Below, piece after piece: positions 1-8,179 of a stretch of DNA of 16,343 nucleotides (its first letter is position 1; each line of letters begins with the position of its first letter). A program made the position numbers and the translations under genes. The DNA is from Promethearchaeota archaeon (GTDB lineage Archaea > Asgardarchaeota > Hermodarchaeia > Hermodarchaeales > Hermodarchaeaceae): the NCBI GenBank assembly GCA_048939625.1, contig JBHLPH010000034.1:1-16343 (forward strand), in the 5' to 3' direction. The notes under the pieces were generated by a model. That model worked only from the letters and a program-made list of their open reading frames with translations, ran no database searches and had not been told where the DNA came from.

Positions 1-639
1 ATTTATCTCATAAATTTGGCTAGTGTCGATAAGACTATACGTCGAAAATCAGAACGTGCATTTCTTGAAGAAATGGACCGATGCGAGGCCCTGAACATCC
101 CCTACTTGGTATTTCATCCTGGGTCATTCCGTAACTCAACAGAAAAGCGGGGTATTCGTCGGCTCGTGAACAGTCTTAACCGTTTACTCCACCAACGACC
201 ATCTCATAAGGTCCAGATGCTCATTGAGAATACGGCCGGAGGTGGATCCTTGTTAGGAGGGAATTTCGAACAAATCTCATCAATTCGAGAGCAATTGGAT
301 TTTCCTGAGCGAGTTCATGTCTGCTTTGATACATCCCATGCATTTGCAGCCGGATATGATCTCAGTACACCAACAGGATATCATGAAATATTAGATGAGT
401 TTGATTCAATTATTGGTTTACCTTATTTGAAAGCGTTTCACCTCAATGATTCTAAAACAGCCTTATCCAGTCACCATGATCGCCACGAAAACATCGGCTT
501 AGGTTATATCAGTGAAGCAACTTTTGCAGAAATCATCAATGATCCCCGGTTTCGATTGCATCCAATGACCTTGGAAACCCCCGGTGGAGAAGAATGGTTC
601 CGAAAAAATTTAGCAGTTCTTTTTCGGCTTCGGAAGTAG
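1..639 (+). CDS. nfo: Endonuclease IV (AP endonuclease family 2), 5'-truncated by the window edge
   Basis: The frame is open from base 1 (IYLINLAS, matching the HAPYLINLAS motif), so TTG at 16 is not the true start. Metal-ligand motifs FHPG, IENTAG, CFDTSHAFAAGYD, HLNDSK, DRHENIG and LETP are present. Confidence 0.95.
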   Translation: MYLINLASVDKTIRRKSERAFLEEMDRCEALNIPYLVFHPGSFRNSTEKRGIRRLVNSLNRLLHQRPSHKVQMLIENTAGGGSLLGGNFEQISSIREQLDFPERVHVCFDTSHAFAAGYDLSTPTGYHEILDEFDSIIGLPYLKAFHLNDSKTALSSHHDRHENIGLGYISEATFAEIINDPRFRLHPMTLETPGGEEWFRKNLAVLFRLRK

Positions 640-660
640 TCTGCTAGCTCTCGATCGAGA

Positions 661-1473
661 CTATTCTGGTGAACTAAGTTCCCGTCGGAACCAATACAAG
701 GTGAGAAGAATCAGACCCAAAGTAACAATGACCACAACGCTAATGATTAAACCCATATCTGGTGTTATCACGAGTGAACCTGATGGCATACCTGTGAGTA
801 ACAAGATTTGGCGGAGCCGATAGTAATGGGCGCCATTATCAAATCGGAAATCGGTGATGAATTCACGTAGAAGCAATACCCCATCATCATTGAACCATGC
901 TGTGAATCCAGCAATAGAAGTGAAGGAGTCCATGGCGCCATCTTGATCCATGTCGTATGTTGAAATGTTAGCGTTAATGTAACGGGAGAGATTCCAGTGA
1001 TAAAGATGGAGCTGAGAATCTTCTTCAACGGTTCCACTCATTTGGGTATTCGCTTGGTATGCATCTGCATCCTCAGCAAATTGAACGCTATGTATCGACC
1101 ATATTGTGTGAGTAAACACGACTTGAGGTCCAGAAACGATTGGGGTATGCCCCTCCATAAACGAACTATAATTAAACTGAGGTAATCCAAAGGAAATATC
1201 CAAAATTTCCGTTGTAAGACGAATAGTGAACCCATCTATGTTTTCATCTATCGCTCTAATTCGGAGTTGATATTCTATAGAATAGTCTTCGTTAATGTGA
1301 GTTTGGTTCAGTTCAACTGTTTCTTGTGTTATATCTCTGAATGTAAATATATCACCAACAGAATATCCATAAATTACTTGCATTTCACGTCCATGAACAA
1401 CTGGGTTCACAAATAACACAGCTACACATAGTGAGGATTGGATAACGAGTAATGTTCGTCGATTTATATACAT
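661..1473 (-). CDS. Hypothetical secreted protein with C-terminal membrane anchor
   Basis: Signal-like N-terminus (NRR + hydrophobic stretch), acidic beta-rich body with DMDQDG, and a C-terminal TM helix followed by WFRR. ATG at 1473 is preferred over TTG at 1479 because GGGAG lies 6 nt upstream. Confidence 0.8.
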   Translation of the reverse strand: MYINRRTLLVIQSSLCVAVLFVNPVVHGREMQVIYGYSVGDIFTFRDITQETVELNQTHINEDYSIEYQLRIRAIDENIDGFTIRLTTEILDISFGLPQFNYSSFMEGHTPIVSGPQVVFTHTIWSIHSVQFAEDADAYQANTQMSGTVEEDSQLHLYHWNLSRYINANISTYDMDQDGAMDSFTSIAGFTAWFNDDGVLLLREFITDFRFDNGAHYYRLRQILLLTGMPSGSLVITPDMGLIISVVVIVTLGLILLTLYWFRRELSSPE

Positions 1474-1542
1474 GACCAACTCCCGATAGGGAAAGGTCGT
1501 GTCGCTGTTTTAAGCCTATTCACTTTGGAAGAAGTAAGACTT

Positions 1543-2868
1543 TTACTCGGAGTCCTCTTCGAGGAGTGGGGGCTCAACAAGTGGTTCACCTAGCGCCTTG
1601 AGAGCAGCTTCTGCATGAAAACGAACAGCTTTTGCAGGATCTTCTAAAGCACTGCGGAGTTGTGGAGCTAACGGTCGACCGGCCTCCCCGAGGAAATATA
1701 TTCCACGAACAGCTACGACCCGTACCAATGTGTTTTTGTCTCCTAGCATGCGAACATAAGCTTGAACTGCGGGTTCTGCGGCAGGCCCCATATCCTCAAG
1801 AACCTCTAAGGCTTCCATCTTGACATAGATTTCACCATCTTTAGCAGCAGTCAAAATAGGTCTGAGAAGCAGTAACGGATCATACCCGATACGATAGAGG
1901 GCATGTGAAACAATAATCTGAATAATAGGATGATTTGATTTCAAGGCTTCAATCAGATCAGGGATTGCATCAATAGCCTCTTTCCCAAAGAGACCTAAAT
2001 GCTGAACACATTGAAGTGCAAGAATGGGATTGGGATCACGAAGACTAGTGATGAGTAAGTCTAATTCATCATCGACCCTTTCATTCATATCTAAGAGAGC
2101 TATTAGGGCAGCCACTTGAACAGTAGGTACAGGATCTGATAGCAATTTGGTGAGAGCTTTCAGAGTTTTCGCATTAGGTTTCTTCTTTTTGCTAATTCGA
2201 CCAATAGCGAGTGAAGAACAGATGCGAATGTCATCATTGGCGTTCTGCAGTTGTTCAACAAGAAACGGTATTGCCTCAAGAGCTGGTTGACCGATTCGAG
2301 CGAGCGCACAGATAACTTGTCCCTGGACAACTGGTTCAGTGTCATTAATTAGCTCAATGAGGGCAGGTGCTGACTCTACTGCGCGTGGACCGAGGTGTCG
2401 TAGAATGGCTGCAGCTTTCGCTCGAATTTCTGACTCCTCTTCGACTAATAGTTGTGTAACATAGGGAATAACTTTCGCGCCACCTGATGCTAGTTGGTTT
2501 GCCGCATTGTTGCGTTTCCGTCGATTGGTCTTCATTACGTGGATTAGTTCAGCAATCTCTGCTTCAGCCAAGTCTACTTCGGTGGGAATGACTTCTTTAG
2601 GCATGGCGATAAAATCAACAGACACGATCCAGCTATCAATTTCTGGAAACAGAAAATCAATGCCCAAGCTGGTTTTAATTCGGTATTTTCGCATCATACG
2701 GTACATATACACCTGGGCAGCGAAGCCAAACAGAAACACTCCGGTACCAGCGATGATGATGTAAAGTGAGTAAGCGGGCACGAGATAGGCAGTAAACGCG
2801 ATGAGAAAGCCTATACACAGGATATAGCGAGAGTATTTGAGAATCGGAGAGATTTCGGGCGCATACAT
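1543..2868 (-). CDS. HEAT-repeat (PBS lyase-like) protein with two N-terminal TM helices
   Basis: About 10 repeats of ~31-33 aa (e.g. APALIELINDTEPVVQGQVICALARIG, AIPDLIEALKSNHPIIQIIVSHALYRIG). Residues ~17-56 are hydrophobic. Confidence 0.88.
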   Translation of the reverse strand: MYAPEISPILKYSRYILCIGFLIAFTAYLVPAYSLYIIIAGTGVFLFGFAAQVYMYRMMRKYRIKTSLGIDFLFPEIDSWIVSVDFIAMPKEVIPTEVDLAEAEIAELIHVMKTNRRKRNNAANQLASGGAKVIPYVTQLLVEEESEIRAKAAAILRHLGPRAVESAPALIELINDTEPVVQGQVICALARIGQPALEAIPFLVEQLQNANDDIRICSSLAIGRISKKKKPNAKTLKALTKLLSDPVPTVQVAALIALLDMNERVDDELDLLITSLRDPNPILALQCVQHLGLFGKEAIDAIPDLIEALKSNHPIIQIIVSHALYRIGYDPLLLLRPILTAAKDGEIYVKMEALEVLEDMGPAAEPAVQAYVRMLGDKNTLVRVVAVRGIYFLGEAGRPLAPQLRSALEDPAKAVRFHAEAALKALGEPLVEPPLLEEDSE

Positions 2869-2951
2869 AGCGTTTAAGACCCCCGTCAGTGTGCAAGGAG
2901 CACTGAAAGCTCTATTTAAAAGTACCCATTGCGCCTGACACGAATTTTCTC

Positions 2952-3275
2952 CTATTCGACGATATCTACTAAGATGATGCGAAATTCCAGAGTTTTTCCA
3001 GCCATAGGGTGGTTACCTTTTTTGCCATAGGCTTGTTCGGGTTTAAGGACCACTGTTTTTTCTTCACCTGTTTTCATTCCAACAATGGCATCGTTGAATC
3101 CTTTGATCACTTGACCTGCCCCTAATGTCACTTTCAGAGGTTTGTAATCGCGACCCTTGTTGAATATTCCTGCCCTAATTGCTTCCTTTTCTAAGGAAGT
3201 GTCAAAGACTTTTCCGCCTGGAAATTTCCCTACGTAATGTACACGGACGGTATTACCGTTTTTTGCTTCAGACAT
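2952..3275 (-). CDS. FKBP-type peptidyl-prolyl cis-trans isomerase, short archaeal type lacking the insert-in-flap domain
   Basis: Motifs VRVHYVG, GKVFDTS, GQVIKGF, PEQAYG and NHPMAGKTLEF. ATG at 3275 is chosen; TTG at 3281 is the alternative. Confidence 0.93.
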   Translation of the reverse strand: MSEAKNGNTVRVHYVGKFPGGKVFDTSLEKEAIRAGIFNKGRDYKPLKVTLGAGQVIKGFNDAIVGMKTGEEKTVVLKPEQAYGKKGNHPMAGKTLEFRIILVDIVE

Positions 3276-3364
3276 ATTCAATCACTTCTGAGTATAGTTT
3301 CCTTGGGCACTTTCCCTTTTTGTGAATTACTCTCAAACCGAAAACAAGCGGAAACAGTAGAGAT

Positions 3365-5641
3365 TCATTGGGGTGGTTGGGAGGCGCTCACAGGAAGATA
3401 GACTAAAAATACTGTGCCTTTTTGGTATTCCCTTGGAATCCGGTCTTGGACTGCAACCCATCCCCCGAAGGCTTCAGAAAGGGCACGAACCACTGATAAA
3501 CCAAGACCTGAGCCATGGGCTCCATCCATATACCGGTTGAAAAGCTGTTCTTTCCGTTCAGGTGGAATTCCCCGCCCAAAATCAATCACTTGAACTTCCC
3601 ACCATGGTTTATCCCGATTGTCCAGTAGTTTGATTTTCACTTCAATCTCTTTCTTAGTATTCGAATACTCCATGGCGTTTCGAATAAGGTTCTGGAACAA
3701 ATCCACGAGAAGAATGTTAGCATCTACAAAGGCTTTCCCTTCGGTAGTATCGCATTTCAGAATGAAGCCACCATCACCCAAGGCTCGACAGACTTGATCA
3801 AATGCCAAGTGGATATACATTACCAAATCGAGAGGCTGAAAACTAACATCTGGCATATATTCGACCTTCCCAAGTCTTCGCACGTTCTTGATCAGGTGGT
3901 CAGCTCGTGAAAGACTCAGATGTATTTGTTCTACAGCTTGTTCGCGTATTTCATCAGGAACCTCATCCAGTTCAATCAATTCCATTGAAGTTAAAATCGC
4001 TTGATGATAATTACTAATGTCATGCGCTAGAATGTCTGCATACAAGGTTGCCCGTTTCTCTGTTTCTTCGGTGGTTTGTAAGGCTCGTAGATAAGCAATT
4101 CCGAAGATAATTGGGGCGATCATCAACCCTCCCAGAAGAAGGAATTCAGCAGCCCACCATCCCCATTCCCACATCGAAAAAATGCTCTTCAATATTCCAG
4201 GGATAATCCAAAGCATCAGAAAACTAAGTCCCAGAATCTCGATAGTAATTTCGCCACGGGATTCTTTCAAATACACATAACCAAGGATTGTGAACAAAAA
4301 AACGTTCAGAAAGCTAAAACAGATAAGAATAATTCGGTCAACAGGAGAAGCAATTAAACCAGGATTTATTATGATTAGCCAAGTTTCAATTATAATGCTA
4401 ATTGTAAGAGCTACTACGATTCCTATGATGCTTAAGATGATTCGGAGGATTGGAAGACCTGATTCTTTCACCGCGGGTGGGTTTTGCTTCCAATAAACAG
4501 CTGTGATAAGCAATATGAACACTATCAGGTATCCAACGATATAGGGGATAAGGGATTCATTGAAGAGGGAGAGAAGGGGACCCATAGTGAGAAGTGCAAT
4601 ATCAACAATCACCCATACCACGAAGGCGAGCATCAGTGGTATGAAACTTCGCGTGAACTTTTGCTTTGAGTACAGGAAGAGTAATATCGCAGTTCCAATC
4701 GAGATAATTCCAGCTCCTACGCGAATTAACAGATACAACTCTGAGCTGACCATTAGAGAAGAGTAGAAGAATTCTAGAATAAAGGCTGCGAGGAAAGGCA
4801 TAATTACAAACAAATTCAGAATAAACGCGTATCTAAATGAGTTGGATTCAGTCATACCAGTGGAGTGGAATTGAGGAATCGATACTGCAAGGTTGAAAGT
4901 GACCATACCAAATGTTAGGAAGAGGATAGCGAGTAACCAGATGTGCAGGGGTGTTATCAAAGTAAGGAGAAATATTGGTGTGATGAATACTGAAAGAAGA
5001 AGACCATTCAGTAACCAGAATTGGGTATAGTGAGATTTTAGTTTATCAGAACGTGCGGTGTAATATAATACACCAATCGATATACACAAGGTGCCAATAG
5101 TCAAATAGAGACCAATGGCATATAGCACAATTACAGGGAGTATTGGTAAGACAACAAGATAATAGAAGGCATACCCTGCGAGACTCGAGGCAATTATTAA
5201 TCCACTAATTTTGGTGGAATCAGACTTCGTAACAGGAATATTCCTGAATACCTGTAAGAAAAGCGAAGCACAAATTAAACCAATAAAGATAGAAAACTCG
5301 AGGATGTTAGCTACTAGACGATATGGTTCCATCATTGATCCAGGAGTAATAAACCCAATCATGGAGAGGATGGCCCCGATCAGATTTATCACGCCAAGAT
5401 AGACGAAAGCACAGAAGAAGAAGACCTTTGAAAGTTGAAGGTCCTTCCGAACTCTTAGGTTAGCAATCGCACCTCCCATTAAGGCTAGCAACCCAAGTAG
5501 AGCATAAATTGAGATATTGATGTGGGGGCGAGTCCACGCCAGGAGCGGTAATAGATGAAATCCAATAATCGTAAATGTGAGGGTAACAAGAAGATTAACG
5601 GTTAATCGAATAGCCGTCTTCGTCCCCTGTTTTACTTCCAT
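3365..5641 (-). CDS. Polytopic membrane sensor histidine kinase
   Basis: About 16 hydrophobic segments, then H-box LAHDISNY, N-box FQNLIRNA, G1 IDFGRGI, F-box LFNRY, G2 GSGLGLSVV and terminal DRIPREYQKGTVFLVYLP. Confidence 0.93.
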   Translation of the reverse strand: MEVKQGTKTAIRLTVNLLVTLTFTIIGFHLLPLLAWTRPHINISIYALLGLLALMGGAIANLRVRKDLQLSKVFFFCAFVYLGVINLIGAILSMIGFITPGSMMEPYRLVANILEFSIFIGLICASLFLQVFRNIPVTKSDSTKISGLIIASSLAGYAFYYLVVLPILPVIVLYAIGLYLTIGTLCISIGVLYYTARSDKLKSHYTQFWLLNGLLLSVFITPIFLLTLITPLHIWLLAILFLTFGMVTFNLAVSIPQFHSTGMTESNSFRYAFILNLFVIMPFLAAFILEFFYSSLMVSSELYLLIRVGAGIISIGTAILLFLYSKQKFTRSFIPLMLAFVVWVIVDIALLTMGPLLSLFNESLIPYIVGYLIVFILLITAVYWKQNPPAVKESGLPILRIILSIIGIVVALTISIIIETWLIIINPGLIASPVDRIILICFSFLNVFLFTILGYVYLKESRGEITIEILGLSFLMLWIIPGILKSIFSMWEWGWWAAEFLLLGGLMIAPIIFGIAYLRALQTTEETEKRATLYADILAHDISNYHQAILTSMELIELDEVPDEIREQAVEQIHLSLSRADHLIKNVRRLGKVEYMPDVSFQPLDLVMYIHLAFDQVCRALGDGGFILKCDTTEGKAFVDANILLVDLFQNLIRNAMEYSNTKKEIEVKIKLLDNRDKPWWEVQVIDFGRGIPPERKEQLFNRYMDGAHGSGLGLSVVRALSEAFGGWVAVQDRIPREYQKGTVFLVYLPVSASQPPQ

Positions 5642-5812
5642 ACTCGTTCTATCCCCACACGCTAAGATCTAGTGCAAACACATCAAACATAGTGTGAAGA
5701 AACCGTGCTATTCTAACTTCCAACTATGAATGATTTTAAAGCTACTCCACAAGATTCAGGTGAATACAACTTCATTCATCTTTTCTCAACCATCCATTCA
5801 TATAGACCCCTG

Positions 5813-5833
5813 ACCTTCGTGAAGGTAATATAA
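5813..5833 (+). promoter_or_regulatory. Palindrome ACCTTC-GT-GAAGGT abutting a BRE/TATA-like element (GAAGGTAATATAA)
   Basis: Lies in the divergent intergenic region between the kinase and the HEAT gene. Same AAGGT+AT-rich pattern as at 6959, 10780 and 16072. Confidence 0.35.
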
Positions 5834-5948
5834 CGAACAAAGTAGAAGCGAAAATCACAAAATTTTCAGCAATAATTCACCCCTCCACACAGATTTTTAC
5901 CTTCCAAGAACTAATGATATCACATAGAACCATATCGGGGCTGAATGG

Positions 5949-6437
5949 TTGAGTAGCCCAGAAAAAATCGATGCACTGGCGAAAATTCTGCAATCCCACC
6001 CTGACGAGAAGGAACGGGCGCGAGCTGTCACAGAATTAGGAGCAATGCGGTGTGGTCTAGCCTATGAGGCTCTAGGTATTGCTATGCATGATAACTCCCC
6101 GGTAGTTCGAACAGCAGTTGTAAAAGCCTTCGAAGAGGTAGGTGGTGACTGGGTACTTGCGCCAGTACTTATTCGACTACGCAGTAATGACGCTGGTGCA
6201 CGAATGGTTGCATGCCGAGAACTTGGGCGACTTGGAGACAAAGAAGCAGTGCTCCCCCTAATAGATCGACTTAATGATTCTAACCTCCAAGTCCGAATCG
6301 CCGCATCTTTTGCCCTTGGACAACTCAGTGATCGGCGAGCCATCACACCCTTACAACTGCTGAGACGTCGTGATTGGAATCCATCCCTAAGACACACAAT
6401 CGATAGAGCACTATTTCAACTCCGTCAACATCAATAA
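5949..6437 (+). CDS. Small soluble HEAT-repeat (PBS lyase-like) protein
   Basis: Four to five repeats such as AVLPLIDRLNDSNLQVRIAASFALGQL; TTG start. Confidence 0.88.
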   Translation: MSSPEKIDALAKILQSHPDEKERARAVTELGAMRCGLAYEALGIAMHDNSPVVRTAVVKAFEEVGGDWVLAPVLIRLRSNDAGARMVACRELGRLGDKEAVLPLIDRLNDSNLQVRIAASFALGQLSDRRAITPLQLLRRRDWNPSLRHTIDRALFQLRQHQ

Positions 6438-6539
6438 GTCTTAATTTTTAGAATGTGGGCAACCAATGCCTTTAAGAGTAAACCCAGAACCCATTAGATT
6501 CACCTTCATTTCGATAAGCACTATGGCAAGTTGAACAAA

Positions 6540-6893
6540 ATGACCGAATCAGAAACCCCTAAGAAACTTGTGAGAATTGGTGGATGGCTCCAAATCCCCT
6601 TTTCTTTACTTATTGTGTTGATCAGCATCTGGATGTTCTGGCTAATGTGGCCAGTACTTATCGACCCCGTCTTCTGGGGGCTCTTTGGCTGGTGGACAGC
6701 CGTATTACTTGGCTTCCTAATTGCGTGCGGCATTATCGGATTTATCCTCGCCTATCTCTGGATCAAATGGCAACACAATATCTCGGAAAAGAAAAACAGG
6801 CTAATCACCACTGGAATAATCGGAATAATCTTCACTGGCACTGTTCCAGGTATGCTTGTTATCCTGGGTGCTGCAATCTATCCCGAAGACTAA
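6540..6893 (+). CDS. Hypothetical membrane protein (3 TM)
   Basis: Three hydrophobic segments ending in GIIGIIFTGTVPGMLVILGA. ATG at 6540 or TTG at 6531; TTTAAG about 65 nt upstream. Confidence 0.75.
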   Translation: MTESETPKKLVRIGGWLQIPFSLLIVLISIWMFWLMWPVLIDPVFWGLFGWWTAVLLGFLIACGIIGFILAYLWIKWQHNISEKKNRLITTGIIGIIFTGTVPGMLVILGAAIYPED

Positions 6894-6955
6894 TTCGGCG
6901 CTCCTAGGTCTCATATGCGCGAAGTGTACCATATTATAGTTGGCAGTTCGCATAA

Positions 6956-7006
6956 GGAAAGGTATTTATATCATGAAAGGAGAGCGCATTCTCATCTTTT
7001 GAGAAT
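6956..7006 (+). promoter_or_regulatory. Archaeal BRE-TATA promoter with downstream inverted repeat
   Basis: GGAAAGG-TA-TTTATA (6956-6970) followed by ATTCTCA-N5-TGAGAAT (6988-7006), upstream of ATG 7021. Confidence 0.55.
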
Positions 7007-7020
7007 ATTGGGGTTTCTTA

Positions 7021-7857
7021 ATGAGCTCAGATACCAAACGCTATTTAGAACTCCGTCATCGCCAGATGTGGCTCCAATTATTCAGTGAAGGACTGAATAC
7101 GTTTGCAACAGAACATGTAAAAATTAAAATTCTGAATGAAAGAGAACTGCCATCGATGGCTTCGTCGTCACACGAGGTTTGTGATTGGATTTGCCAAACG
7201 ATGGACCTATTAGACTCTCTAATTGAAGATAAAGAAACCCGTCGCAACATCATGCTCTGTTGCTCCCATGCATTTCCTGTCGATCGACTTAAGGAATTAC
7301 GCGAAAAATACCACCAAACCCGAGATATCGATAAGCTCATTGCTTTTATGTGTCAAGATGATTCGTGGCATGGACTTTCTTATTACGAATACTCTCAACG
7401 GCAGGGGAACACCATCACCGTTACAAAAGTTCCCTTTGATCCCCACGGTTATGAAACCACTAAAGAAGACGCGGAGCGACGTGCCCGGTATTGCCATTGT
7501 CCACTAATCCGTCCGGCCATTCAAAATCAACAACGAATTTCTCCCACATATTGTCTGTGTGGATCGGGGTGGTACAAAACACTCTGGGAAGGAATTCTTG
7601 ATCAACCAGTTCATGTTGAAGTCATAGAAACAATTGCAAGTGGAGGAGACCACTGCCAGTTCGTAATCAATTTGCCTGAAAAACTCAAAGAAACTCTCCC
7701 TATTTTTATTACGAGTAAGAAAAAGAACAATAACACAAAGTATGAAATCAACACATTTTGCTGGTACTCAGGATTAGAAGCATCATCTCTCAACTACAAT
7801 TCTTTGGGAACTAGGATTACGGGCAAAAATATTGTAAAACAATTGCCCTGCGTATAA
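7021..7857 (+). CDS. Cys-rich DUF6144/V4R-like putative metal- or ligand-binding protein; tail after ~7680 is suspect
   Basis: Motifs CCSH, YCHCP, YCLCGSGW and VEVIETIASGGDHCQFVINLP. The last resembles the V4R/DUF6144 C-terminus, which normally ends the protein. Confidence 0.7.
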   Translation: MSSDTKRYLELRHRQMWLQLFSEGLNTFATEHVKIKILNERELPSMASSSHEVCDWICQTMDLLDSLIEDKETRRNIMLCCSHAFPVDRLKELREKYHQTRDIDKLIAFMCQDDSWHGLSYYEYSQRQGNTITVTKVPFDPHGYETTKEDAERRARYCHCPLIRPAIQNQQRISPTYCLCGSGWYKTLWEGILDQPVHVEVIETIASGGDHCQFVINLPEKLKETLPIFITSKKKNNNTKYEINTFCWYSGLEASSLNYNSLGTRITGKNIVKQLPCV

Positions 7858-7913
7858 TCACCGGAAACACGGTTAGATACTTCAAAGCCACCTTCAAAGC
7901 TTATGGATAAATA
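7794..7913 (-). pseudogene. Relic of a histidine kinase C-terminus (end of HATPase_c)
   Basis: Manual translation gives YLSISFEGGFEVSNRVSGDYTQGNCFTIFLPVILVPKEL*, which aligns without gaps to AFGGWVAVQDRIPREYQKGTVFLVYLPV of the kinase at 3365-5641. It is preceded by an in-frame TGA and has no start codon. Confidence 0.6.
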
Positions 7914-8179
7914 TCAATGTGTGAAGCGTTCGTTTAGATAGTTGCTTTTGATTGCCACGCAAAAACCCTTTGATATTATGACAACAGAGACGGAACCAGG
8001 TATCACGCAATGCAAGTGACCGTAGGAGCTTGAGCGCGGTTTGGAGACACAACCTTTGACAGAGAAAAGCTCAACAACTAATCAATTCCGACTTCAAAAT
8101 ATCGTTAAGCCAAGGTCAAGTTCACAAATTAGAAAGACTGAGAAATTTTTTAGTAACCTAGTCCTAAGCTGGCAGTGAA

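Noticed and set aside
6062-6397. 111-aa antisense ORF, and similar nested or antisense ORFs such as 6584-6907, 8257-8649, 2507-2764 and 12980-13249
   Set aside because: These are shadow frames of well-supported genes and carry no motifs.
7611-7793. 60-aa minus-strand ORF whose SNPEYQQN plus hydrophobic stretch resembles SSEYQHN of ORF 10501-10740; it also follows the kinase relic's TAG in frame
   Set aside because: The match is too short, the ORF lies antisense to the conserved part of 7021-7857, and the kinase motif is already complete before the TAG, so there is no case for readthrough or pyrrolysine.
8026-8074. Possible structured RNA (GAGCTT/AAGCTC, TTGAGC/GCTCAA and GGTT/AACC pairings)
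   Set aside because: The stems are short and mutually exclusive and match no riboswitch or ncRNA I recognise. An Rfam/Infernal search would be needed.
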